Positions 51,290 through 64,000 of a DNA stretch of 64,000 bases are shown here, piece by piece (the stretch's first letter is position 1; every line of letters begins with the position of its first letter). Source of the stretch: Adineta vaga (taxonomy: Eukaryota > Animalia > Rotifera). Both the position numbers and the translations under genes were made by a program. Where the stretch lies: NCBI GenBank assembly GCA_021613535.1, contig CP075493.1, forward strand, positions 15,810,001-15,874,000, given 5' to 3'. The notes beneath the pieces are model-generated. The model was given only the letters and a program-made list of their open reading frames with translations, was not told where the DNA came from and searched no databases.

Positions 51290-51849
51290 TAATGTTCAGT
51301 TCGTACGATTATTAATATTGCGATGGTAGTCTAAAGAATAGTGATGAATATATAGATAATGTCCGACGAAAAAAAACGTTCTTCCCCTAGAATTGACTAC
51401 AACTAATTTGTACCATTGATGGTATTTATAAAAAGCTAATGGAACTCATTACTAAATCCGTTAGCAAAAACAAAACAAAACGATGATTATAAACAGCGCT
51501 TTTTCTCTCGCATGTCGTTCAACTTAACTTTTCTTTTCAGATTTTTTTCATTCTATTAGTTTCTATGCACTTTCATCTTGTATGACAACTTTGCTTAGCC
51601 TCCAATATAATGTCTTATTTGCATTCCTCTTTCCTTCATCGCTTACATGTGCGCTATCTACAGTTCAAAATATAAACCATTGGAACAAAAACATACAAAG
51701 AGAGCGTATATGGAAGACAACTTTTGCTATAGCGTTAACATACGTCACTAGATGACGTACCTCGTTCTTGTGATGTTGAGTTCATCACAATCCTCTTAAG
51801 AGTGGGTGAGAATCAAAGAAAGAAAGAAAGAAAGACAGACACATATACT

Positions 51850-52461
51850 CTTGTCCCTCACCCTCAATCGACATTTCAGTTCAATTGCTTCATTATTAGC
51901 CTCAGAAACTGCATCAATTTCAGCTGTTGTCAAAATTTTAAAATTGCCAATATTTCCTTTAATTAAAAAATGATAACTTGAATCGGTTTGGTAATTAGGT
52001 GTACACATTTTTTCGAATCGATGCCCTTCATAACTCCTATCCACATGTCATTCTTCATTATTCACGGCAATTTTTCTGAGCGAATTTCTTTCGCTTATTA
52101 TATGATATTGACGAATATCGATATTTTAACGTTGAGCTACAACTAAAAGAGGAAAAACTGAAGTATTTTTTAGTGGACGAATTACAGACTTGGGTAATTT
52201 CGATGAAAACATTAATGGAACTGGTGGTGTGTTGTAATATGGTGTCTGTGGGGAGGCGTTTGAATACATCGCTACCACTCCGCAATTCTTGTATGGTCTG
52301 CAGGATGAGAATGTGTCAGATTAAATCCACAGAGGACATTGCATAAGTAAGAATCAGATAAAAGCAGAGTGCCTGCATTGAAATGTCGATAATTGGGTTC
52401 CTTGAATTTCACTGATAACTGACAGTCTTTTAAAGCTTTTTGTACGACTGGAATCCTTCAT
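51850..52461 (-). pseudogene. Possible Rai1/DXO (Dom3Z) family nuclease relic
   Basis: YEGHRFE ... IGNFKILTTAEID ... IELK follows the G.xFE / EhD / EhK motif order. Surrounding frames are broken. Confidence 0.4.
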
Positions 52462-53193
52462 AGTTTTTGATAGATTTGTAAATGTATCTAATTTATACGA
52501 GAAAAATCCAATTCTATACTTTGTTTCTTTTCTTTTATATAACAGAGAAGAATCTCTTCTAGATAAAATTCTTTTGAAATCTTTTCTTTATCATATTCAG
52601 ATAGCAACTCATATATTATCTTTAACGCTAATTTATTAAATGAATCAATCAGATCAACAGATTAGTTTACCGATGATACGACTAGTTATAATATTAATAG
52701 GATTTAAATAAATATTGATTGAATGAATCATTATAAGAAAAGCTTTATTTCTACCTAAATAATTCATCAATTATATGGAGCTTCTGTACATTGTGGACCA
52801 AAAGAAAACATATCGGAATGTAAATAAATATGGTATATATTCACTTTTTCTATAAAAGAATAAAAAGTTTCATTACAACTTAAACATAATTACACTTGAT
52901 TTTTTCAATTATAACTAGTGAATTTTCTTTCGAAAGAAATACTTTATATCATCGTATTATAATCAAAAATTTCTATCAAAATCTATGGTTTTATTTAGCA
53001 ATTTTTTCGAATTTGAGTCATTCGATCTGATTGATCTTAGATATAGGTTTAAAATGACAACTCCAAGAAATATTTCTCTTCCCATTAATTCACCACGAGA
53101 GCTGGCACTTGCCATAGACATAAGTGATTATGTGGAACCTGTTTTCTAGATCACATTAAAACAAAAATATTTTTCTTTTACGATTTGGTTATA

Positions 53194-54373
53194 CAGGGCT
53201 TTCCAAAATTATAGACCCCCTATACTTTTCTATCTTCTTCCTGAATAATTTATTTGACAAAGAACTGTTTTTGTACAAAATAATACACATTTACAATTTA
53301 CAAGAAAAACCGTTACAATGAATGACGTGTCGAAGTCGTTTTTGGAAGCGACTGATAAAGTTTTTGTACAGTATCATATGAAATATCTGCCCATACTTCT
53401 TGTAATGCAGATTTTAAATCATCAGTATTTGTAATCGAAAGTTTTAATAATTTCTGGTCCACAATCGACCAGATGTTCTCAATAATATTTAAATCTGGAC
53501 TATTCGATGGCCATTCCAGTAATGTAATTCGTTTTTTTTTTCAAGTATTCTTTGGTTATAGCAGATCTATGAGGACCTGCATTGTCTTGTTGATATAATA
53601 ATTTGTTCAATTGTCTAGATGGAAACTTCAGGTAAGCTGTTGATAAATGGTCCTTGAGAATGCTAATATATTCAATTGAATTGAGACGTCCACCGAAGAT
53701 GACTAATGGTCCTAAACCATGGCACGTGATGTATGACCAAACTCCTATTCCAACACCTTTATGGACTCGCTGTTGTGAACGATATAATCGACCTGGATCA
53801 TGACGAAATCGACGAATATAAATTCGATTCTTCCGATTAAGTATTTCAAAATTACTTTCATCGGAAAAAATTACGTTTGACCAATCTTCTACTGACCAAT
53901 CCAAATGTTCATAACACCAATGAAGTCGACTACGTCGTTGTACTGGAGTTATACGAGGCTTTCTTGGTGCAATAAGTGACATCATGTTATAATCTTGTAG
54001 AATACGACTTAATGTTGCTTGACTAATAGATAAATTCAAATTCGTGAAAGCATATCGAATGAGATCCTTTAATGAACTTGTATCATCTCGAAGTTGTTGA
54101 AGTTTAATTAATCGTCGTTCACGATCGGTTGTTTTTCGTGGACGACCAGCGCCAGGTTTTGCGGCGATTGTGTGAAATTTATCAAATTTACGAATTGTTG
54201 AACGAATACAACGTCGAGAAATTTTTAATTTACGAGAAATCCCGTGTGTTTATGTAGTACATGTAATCATCTATCTAACGAACATATATACTGAACAAAT
54301 AGATGTTTCTTAGAAATGCAAAATAAATTTTCTTCGACAAGACAAGGGGGGTCTATAATTTTGGAAAGCCCTG
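53194..54373 (-). mobile_element. Tc1 (DD34E) transposon, defective
   Basis: TA|cagggctttccaaaattatagacccc TIRs|TA. GRPRKTT, WSNVIFSDES, QQDNAGPH, a frameshift in the A-run at about 53535, then WPSNSPDLNIIENIW. Confidence 0.93.
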
Positions 54374-56063
54374 TACGTGTAGGAAACAAAACAGCCAATG
54401 AGAATTTATTGTTCAGAACAATCGAATCCTTGCCGATCACCGATGGAACAAGCAGTAAATCGGCAGTAGAAACAAAGTAGAAAATGGTAAACTAACTGAA
54501 GCTCCACCGAACCACTGGCGATGGTTCGATAACTACATCTTTCTGCTACTAATGAACACTCGCACGTTGTGATGGTCTCCTCTCCCGGGTGGATCTTAAA
54601 CTGGCTCAACTATTCATCAAATTTGAAGGCGGTTGAGACGATGGACAACTATTATTTTTATAAGAATTGTTTTGATGTATGTAATAGAGAGGCTGAATAC
54701 TTGCTTTGCTCCACGTTCATTAGATGAACTGTAGTATAAACAATTCATAGGCATCGCTCTATAGTGTTCATCTTAGAGAGGTTTTACTGTATTAAGTAAA
54801 ATCTAAGACAAAAACTTGCATAAAATCTTACTACTTATAATTTTCTTACAGATATCAGAATTCGAAATGGACTTCCTACGTTTGAAAGGAATGTTTTTTG
54901 TATTATGAATAAATGTAATTGTGTTGATGAATACGAATGTACATATTGATACTTCTTTTCGTTCACAAAACAATAGAATAAGTTTGCTGTAATAATTACT
55001 TGTGATGCATATCAGAGATCTTTTTCTCTTTTATTTAATAAAGTGAGGACTGATGAGAATGTATCAGATTCAAATTTCCATTCTCATCGACACTCTCCTT
55101 CACTCTATAATATATAGAATACAACAAGCTTTATCAACGAATCGAATTCTTTTCTAAAATCAATAAGAAATACATTGATTTTGACGTCATACAACATACA
55201 AATCGAAAGCAATTATTAATCTAGCGATTAAAACATCAAATAATTTTAATAGAAATTTTTCAAACAAATACGTATTAATATTATAAAAGTATAGGTATTA
55301 ACTGAAAATCAAATGATCAAATGTTCATCAAAATATATTTATTCTATTTTATCAAAGAAATTTATAGCAGTTTTTTGTTGTTTTGTTTCGTCGATGCAAA
55401 TCAAACAACCTTCAAGTGGTTAATACTCATTTACCTCGTTTTTTCTTTCTCATTTTGTTATACCTGAGTGATTTTATACATATATCGTTTTTACAAAAAT
55501 ATAAGATGTTCATGTTCAATAAAAGTAAAATATTGATCTATACAATTTCATTGAACTCGATATAGACATTTCAAATTTTCATGTAGAAGTCAAATCTAAA
55601 CTCATATGAAAATTGTTTTATATAGATGAAATTTTTCATCACATCGTGTATATGTGTCTACGTAATAAAATAATCGAAAACTGAAAGCTTTGCTTATTTA
55701 CCTATCTTACCTTGAGATTTTCTTTCTTTCTCTCTCTTCTTATCTGTAACTATAAACAAAAACAAAGATTTGATGATTTGATGTTTTGATTTATGATACT
55801 TTTTCCTGTCAATATGTCATAAACGAAGAAAAAGATGATCAATCAAAATTTCTTATCGCGTAAACAGTTGACTAGTTCTCATCAACTGTCAAAATATCAT
55901 TTATTTTTTGCCTCACTGATCGCATTCGATACATACATTTTTTGTCTATTTTATATCTCGATATTTTCATTTATTCATTCATTTCATTTACATTCGAATC
56001 GACGAAGGTAGCTCTTACTCTATATATTCATTTTCATAAAAAAAACATTTGATATTCAACATC

Positions 56064-56324
56064 ATGAATACTTACACAGTTATCTTTGCTTTTCTCTTCT
56101 TGGCTTTGGCAACAAATCATTGTATGGGAAGAAGTATGAGAAACTATGATAATGATGATGAGAATAGTTTTTTTCGTCGACGAAACTTCAATAGTCGAAA
56201 AGCACCGCCATCACTAGATTCTTTAGTAGAAAAGCGATTTGAATTACGTCAAGGACAGTCATCTTTTGTTCATTCAATTCTTTCGAATTTCAACATCATT
56301 CACATAAAATCAACATCCATATAA
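56064..56324 (+). CDS. Small secreted, neuropeptide-precursor-like protein
   Basis: MNTYTVIFAFLFLALATNHCMG signal-like segment, an acidic spacer, and RRR, RK and KR sites. The 3' end is uncertain. Confidence 0.45.
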   Translation: MNTYTVIFAFLFLALATNHCMGRSMRNYDNDDENSFFRRRNFNSRKAPPSLDSLVEKRFELRQGQSSFVHSILSNFNIIHIKSTSI

Positions 56325-59300
56325 GATTTATTTAATATATGTGAACGATCATCTTGTCAAAATAATTCGTTTTCAATCTCATAACTAATCGAAATCAATG
56401 ATAAATTTATCATTTTGAATGATAGAAATAGTTGAATGAATTTTTCCTTTGATCAATTCATCATTGACATTATTTCTCGTCGATCGTCATATTTGGCATC
56501 ATTTATCGTTGACTATTGAGTATATGAATATATTTCTACTTCATAACTTTCAAATTTTATCTCGAATCTTTTTCCTATATTAACTTCAATGGATGAGTTC
56601 ATAGGGGTGACTAATAAATGAATATGATTTTGGTCAAAACCATTCATTGATCATCAGATATGTCAATAATCGAAAGTGTTCGTTTTCTTTTTGAATGATA
56701 ATGATATTTTTTGAATAGAATCATTTTTAGTACTTTTCACATTTCTCATCACCAGTCAAAAACGATTTCACTTTAAATTTTGAATATTTGATGATTAATA
56801 TCAATGAATTGAGTATTCATTCTTATCAGTCATTTTCGATGAAATGTTAAATTGATTAGAATAATTGAATTTTATGTTTTTGCATATTGAGTCGTTATTG
56901 AATAAATATATGGAAATTAAAAAATTCGTAAATAAGATCATCGTCATGTAATGTTTGTCTTTTATTTTCTATTTTTTCTTTTGATCTCAATTTGTGAACA
57001 AATGATCTCTCAAACTGGAAGAAATACATTTCTCATCTTATCTTACATTTGATAAATTCTATTCTTTCTTTGCAAAATAATTGTAACATATATGTACGAA
57101 ATATTATTCAAGTTTGTACATTTCATATCTGATGTATGTTTGAAACGATATGATTAATTTTTATTTTCATATCAATCAACATATTTGAATATCTTTGTAA
57201 TAAAGAGAAGTCAGAATTGATATAATCATGAATACATAACAATTACATAGATTTGTTATTTAAACTTCAAAATAATTGAAAAATGTCTTGCTAAACACAA
57301 ATCATTATTTATGTAATTTGTCGAACCTATTGATAAACAATATTAATAATATGAATAAACGCATATAAGTGATGAATTGTTTAAAGCATTTAAAAAGTAA
57401 ACGATTCTAAATCTATGAAATCATCATGAAAGACATAATTGAACTATTTTCTTCTCTGAATTACGGATAATATTTGAAAATAAATTCTATAATAACAAAT
57501 CGCAAATCACTCAGTCATTAGTTTAGATAGATTTAGAAACATTTTTTCGAAAAAAAAATCAAATAATCGAATCAAAGTATCTTATATGCAGTTCACAAAT
57601 CTGATCATTGTTCATACATAATAAATAGAAAACGTTTTTCATGGTTAACAATAGGAATATTTGATTCATATCATGAAAAATAAATCGCAATTTACGTGAT
57701 TCTTAAAATATACTTCTAGTGAATTTGTTTAATAAAAAGATTCGATAAAACTTGAAAGGATTCAGATCAATAAAAGTCATTACTAATGAAATTATGATTA
57801 TTTCATTTGAAAATTAAGATTTAATTCGAGTTAATTGAAATTTTTGAACGAAAATTTACATATATTAATAAGCGAAAGCTATATAATCATTATTAATTAT
57901 CGATTAGAACATTTTTATGAAAAATAATCGAAATAATAAAACAAATTTTTGGTTGTTATAAATCATATGACATGAAATTCTTTGTTGATAGAAGTTAATG
58001 ATAAGGATCTGATTATCAACAAGAGAGATATATATGAATATAACCTTACTCAGACATAGTCTTAGTTTATGTAATCATTGTAATATCATCATCAACAAGA
58101 TATTTTATATGAAATACTCAAGAATAAATGAAAAAAAGTATAAGACATACAAATCATTATCTACAGATTCATTTATAAAGATATTCATTGTAAATACATA
58201 GGAAAAGTTCTCGAAAATAATTGAACATAATATTATAAAAATAATTTCTATTTTACATGATCATCGTTTGATATTTATCATGAAGATACTTTTTTTAAAA
58301 TAATTTGAATAATTGAAAAGATTTCTGATAAATAATAATCATCATTCGTACAGTTTTACATTTATGATCATAAGAAATATATTTAATATAATGAAATTGA
58401 CATAAATGAATAGATTGATGGTATATATAGATCAAAATTCACTCAATTATCAATATCTTTGAAATCTATGAGATTTATTTTTCTATTTTCGAAATAATCG
58501 AACATAGTTCTACTCATTACAAATCACAAATCATATAATTCATAATATATAATTTCAATTCTGATAATTTGTTTTGAAATAGTTATTATAATGGAAAAGA
58601 CATTTATTAGAGATAGATCTTTAATTATGTGACTATTATTCAATCTAATAATCATAAATGAATGTTCATCAATTCAAGAAATAGTTGAAAAATATTCTCG
58701 TAAATACAAATCATTATTCTTCTGTTCATTTATACGTACTTATCACAAGTAATTTTAAATATCCATAAACAAAATTATTGAAAAGAATTCTGATCGATAC
58801 GAATCGAAATCTGTATAATGCATTCATAAATATGAACAATATACAAACTTTCATATAAAATGATAAAATATTTGAAAGATCTTTTGGTAGAGATCAATCA
58901 TAATCTATATCATTTACTTATTGAACGTAATCATAGAAAATAATAAAGTAATTTCTTAAAATATTGGATCTATTTTCTGATAGAAATAAATCGAATTTGA
59001 TATGATAATTTTTACATAGTTAAATTACACAGATATTTTTCATAATTTCTTAGAATCGTTGAATAGAATTATTATTATGATCAGTCATGAAAGATATTAT
59101 TCGAAAGATATTTTCTTTTTTGTAACTTTCGTTTTTGATAACGAAAAGTAGATGAATTGAATTTTTGTTTGAAATATTCGTTTATTATCAAATGATTCAT
59201 TCCTTTGACAATAAAAGAGTACGTCAATTATAGTTTCTAAATATATTCAAATAAGATTTTATTTCAAACATTTCACTTATGATATAGATTAAAATAAAAC

Positions 59301-62300
59301 AAACGAAATACATGATATATTTCGTTGAGAGAATAAATATTGAACAAAAATATTGTTTGATCAAAACATCAATCTTATAAATGTATATGTGAAATAAAAA
59401 AAATGAAATTATAGATTTAGAGCATCGAAATACATGAACATATAGATTACCTTTCAAATTTATCAATATTTATACACAATGTGTTCTTATTTCTATTGTA
59501 TCTAATCTCACTTTGATTAACTTCGTATATGCGAATAGAAGTTTATTGCTCAAATAATTCCTATTTTATATCTTATTGTACGAATATCATTTTTCAAATA
59601 ATTATTGATAAAACGAAAAATATATTCGAATAGATTTACTAGTGTTAAGTCATTTCTTTAGTAACTTTCAATTGCTTACAAAATGTATAGTTTTATTTTT
59701 AAAATGATCGATATAATTGATCTCATTCTTCCACTGTAGTATTTAATTATTAGAATTCATTTCAAAACAAAATCAAACGATATTTATCTATTAAGTAACA
59801 AAGAGATTATGTGAATGAAATCCTCTTCAAACGATTCATTTATATGATCATATTTAATATATCTTTGATTTAATCTTCTTTCTACTATATACTCTTAACA
59901 TATACGTATTGAATTATGGTATTTTGATTTGTTCAGTAATCCGATTGAAAGTTCTACTGATTCTTTTCATTCATTTACTCTATAAATTATTAACATAGAT
60001 GAATAATCTCGTGATGCAAATTATTCATGTTGTTGAGTAATGTTTCTATAATTTTATTAATTTATGTTTAGATCTTGATATGAGACAAATAGTTGAATTG
60101 AATTTACATGTAAAAACAATTTCATTTTTATGAAAAATGATTTCTTTTTTATGATTATTCATATTCCGTTGAAAATATCAAAAATATTTGAATGTAATTA
60201 CCAAATGGTCATACATATTCATTTACTATCTGATACTAATTGATAATAAGCAAAGTAATACAATATTATCATAGATATTTAATATTGAGTTATTTTATTC
60301 GCGATGTAAAGAATTTATTAACTAGATGATCTTTAATCGATATTTATATTGGTATATTTAGTTTTCATTAGCAAAAATATTTGAATATGTTGATCAAAAA
60401 TGTAAGAGAAGTCATGAAATCTGTCATCTATTTGATCAATATGAATGAGAAGTATTTTATTACCATTTCAACACATATTTGTATCAATGATTGATTAGAA
60501 TTGTTCGCTAAATCTCTTTATGAGAAATTAACTTTTGTAATATCGTTTCAATAATACAAGAGTTATTAATATATGAATGCAGTTGTGCTGTGAATAGTTT
60601 ATTTCTTATTAAATACTAAAATCGAATCAAATGAAAACTTCTAATTGGAGAAAGAATTAAATAATTGAATAAAATCTTGGATTGTATTCATTTTATCGTG
60701 TCATCTCATTCTTGATATCATATACATGAATTATTATTATCAAATGAATAGAATAGTTGAATGAATTTGTAATCTGTACGATCATTTATTATCATTCTCT
60801 TCTCTCTATCATTGAAGTTGAAAGAAATTAATTCGATGATATAAAATATTTGACAAAAACTTCGGATCAATTATTCATATTACATAAAATCAAATTTACT
60901 AAATCATTTTCTTGTTTTTATTTCTATCTTGTAAGTATATCTGTACATTATCATATTTCAAGTGATTCATTTCATAGACAGAATTCAAATATTATCATGC
61001 ATTTAAATATTTTGTCAATCTTTATTCTAATATATGAATAAATCTTTGCTAAAGTTAATTCATATGAGTTTTGATAGTTGATTGATTTGGTTTTTTTCAA
61101 AATAATAATATTAAATAATTACTAAATTCGAATAGTTAATTGTCGGGACAAATCATATAAAATAAAATGTCCAACAAAAATATAAATATTCATATTCATA
61201 TTTAAAGTCATGATAATAAATGAATAGTATGATATATTATGGGCTAGTTGAGTTTTTATCATGTATATAGTATAGGTTGAATTGAAATGTTTTTTCTTCA
61301 AAAAAAATGATTTAAATAGATGAATATAAGTTTAATATCATTTTCTATGTGATATTTTATTTAATACTAGAATCATTTTTATTATATCACATACTTCAAA
61401 TATAAATATGTACAGAACGTACTAGAAAATATTTCAATTATAATATGATTTTCAATTTTTTAATTCATTCGAATTATTTAGTTTTTATTGATACACATTG
61501 CTGGATTTAATCTTGGTGATACATTTCATTTATAAGATCACCGTTCAATAATAAATAATTTCTATTGTTGAACTTTAAATCATCATAATAGGTGAAAAGA
61601 TTGTTTAGGATAAATATCATTTTCTATTTCATACTAAACATTAGAAAAACCAAATCATTTTTGTTTCGAAATTACAAACATATCTGAATAAAGGAATTCG
61701 ACTTTGAATCAATCATTTATGACATTATACTTTTGAAGACATCAGATTATTATTCGATTACATATTAACTCATAGAAATAATTGAATAGAAATCTCTTAC
61801 AAATAATTCACTTATTATACTTAATATATCATGTAAAATATTAATTTTATTAGATTATTTTTAAGATGAGTAAAATTGAATAAAATTTTTATCATTATTG
61901 TTTACTTTTATTGTTATATATTAACTTAGAATAAAGTTGTAATTCATTTTCAACCATATTCATAGTATTGGATGAGATTTATTGCCTCTATCAATTCATT
62001 TACCGTTCGATAATATTAGTTCACCAATTTATTACAATGTATTTATTGTAATGATCAACATACTTGAATGATTAATCCACTGGTTTGAAAAATGTAAGTT
62101 ATGTTTTTTAATGTTGCTTGATTTCTATAGTGATGAATTTTAGGGAACAAATTGTGCCGATTTAATTCAAGGACATTACATACCAACGACTTTCATAAAA
62201 AAATTTCTATTTTCATTATTTTATCAATTTTTTCTTCTTATTTGCTTTCAATTATTTTATTCTCGAACATTATATTATCCATTCGTTTTTTCTTAGTTTT

Positions 62301-62615
62301 TAATAAAGATACCACTCGTTAACGTATATTAATTTCATAGATTTAGCAAAAGCCATTGTATATTAGATTCATCTTCAAGGTGAGTCTGGATGTAAATAAA
62401 GAAGCGAGATATCCTTACATATAATAATCATTAAACCTACTTTGAAAGTTTTTCTTCATACATATGTTGAAAGAATAAATCTTCTGCAAATCACTGTTAA
62501 CGGATCAAATCAAACTTCAGCCACATGTTAAGGATTTGAATCGATAATAACATATACAATCATCATGATAAAATATGAAAAATGAAGAAGCAGATATCTT
62601 ATATTCGCACTCTCA

Positions 62616-62713
62616 CTTGAGGGTGTGGGTGTGGGTGTGAGTGTGGGTGTGAGTGTGGGTCTCTTCTCCATTATCAACTCTCACCCACACCCACACCCAC
62701 CCACACCCTCAAG
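62616..62713. repeat. Best-preserved telomere-repeat palindrome
   Basis: cttgagggtgtgggtgtgggtgtgagtgtgggtgtgagtgtggg - ~20 nt - tcacccacacccacacccacccacaccctcaag. Confidence 0.85.
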
Positions 62714-63370
62714 AATATTTCACATAGTCATACATGGAGAAGACTTGAAGATATTTGTTAGTTCGCAATAAATTATAATCGTCAACAATTTGACGAATCG
62801 TCAAACACTCTCTATCAATGTAAAATATAGAGAGAGAAAATTGCAAAAAAATTTAGCATTAGGTGGAGAAAGTCAATTTTTAGCAGGTGACATTGGTTTG
62901 GTTTATGACATTGGTCATCCATCATTTGCTTATCGAAGTCAATTAGCAATAAAACAAAAGTATTAGAACCTGATGGGTTAAATTGGAATCATGATACTGT
63001 TGGTATAAGAATACTTCACGATTGGGCACAAAATGAAAATTTATCTTCAACACTCATTGAAGATATTCCTAAAAGATTCTGGCGTTATGATCAGAACAAA
63101 CCATGTATACATTGACACTACGACTAACAAACATCTCTTAAAAATGTATATGACTAACAATGCTTTCCTTTGATTTACTCCTTTTCTTTCGTCGTAGTTT
63201 CTCATGATAAAAGAAAGTTATTTTCGCCCAGTTGTAGTATATTTCAGAGTAAAAATTTTACAATTTATTCATCGTTATTAAACAGGAAAATCATTTTTGC
63301 AATACGAACACTTCAATTCTAATGACAAATATAAATTTATTTTCTCATTCTCTGTTTATTTGTTATTGTC

Positions 63371-64000
63371 ATGGATTCTTTAAAACAGTATATGTTGAGT
63401 TTAAATTTCTTTACATCATCATCACCGCAATAATAATGATCAAGAACGTCAATGGAATATTATTGGAACTCGAATTTATATTGTATTTTTCATATTAATT
63501 CTCTTTATAATTGGTCTTGGATTGATACTGATGCAGCAAACAATAGTTATTACTATTAAAAATCCAACAAAAGAACAATATGAACTTCTTCCTAGTGATA
63601 CGAAATGTTTATGTTCTCAAATTTCAATTCCTTATGGAAAATTTACATCATTTCAAGTGATTTTATAAATGAACGATGGATAAATACACTAAATATTCAT
63701 GATGATTTAATTTATTTAGGTCTTATTGATTTTCGAAAATATGGTAGTGCTCAATTCCAAGCAATTGCTGGTTTTTGTCGTTTTGCTAAAACTGCTGTCG
63801 ATCAAATTATAAGTAGTTCATATTCAAATACATTGCTTAAAACAGAAATTCTCTCACAATATACTCTTCAATATCAAATACAAGCATGGAATAATCAATT
63901 TCGACTAACATCATCGAGTATATTCAAGTCTTAATTGAGATTAATTGATCAAATGACAACTAACAATTTATTAATTAATGGTTTAGGTACAGATGCTCAA
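63371..64000 (+). pseudogene. Membrane-anchored protein of a bdelloid-expanded family, frameshifted and running off the window
   Basis: TRIYIVFFILILFIIGL, TIKNPT.EQYE.L, CLCSQISIPYG.F, SDFINERWI, FQAIAGFC spread across three frame segments. Confidence 0.6.

Noticed and set aside
62820-63110. Coding-like fragments (ALGGESQFLAGDIG..., HDTVGIRILHDW...)
   Set aside because: Fragmented; no family could be assigned.

Overview
AT-rich eukaryotic DNA with short GT-AG introns. The gene and transposon content points to a bdelloid rotifer (inference; species not determinable): Athena/Terminon retroelement pieces with hammerhead ribozymes, TGTGGG/TGAGGG telomere-type repeats, and ART-TPR, NHL-GPCR and exon-modular LRR families. 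The first 22 kb is transposon-rich and subtelomere-like. It holds a Terminon DEDDy relic, an intron-containing Athena RT with outward-facing hammerhead and telomere tails, a Tc4/Tc5-like pogo element, a 5'-truncated Helentron, a HIT gene and an intronless FAD monooxygenase that is probably horizontally acquired. From 22 to 52 kb are a 5-exon NHL/repeat/7TM receptor with nested MITEs in its introns, a broken bacterial-type arylsulfatase, a GPCR, a predicted 4-exon ART + receiver-like + NMNAT fusion gene (the most interesting item), one-repeat-per-exon LRR genes, an ART-TPR gene and a possible Rai1/DXO relic. From 53 to 64 kb are a Tc1 element, a small secreted peptide and very AT-rich decayed sequence. 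A dispersed family of short head-to-head telomere-repeat palindromes (CTTGAGGGTGTGGG...CCCACACCCTCAAG) occurs about 8 times. All calls come from reading motifs by eye; no database searches were run.
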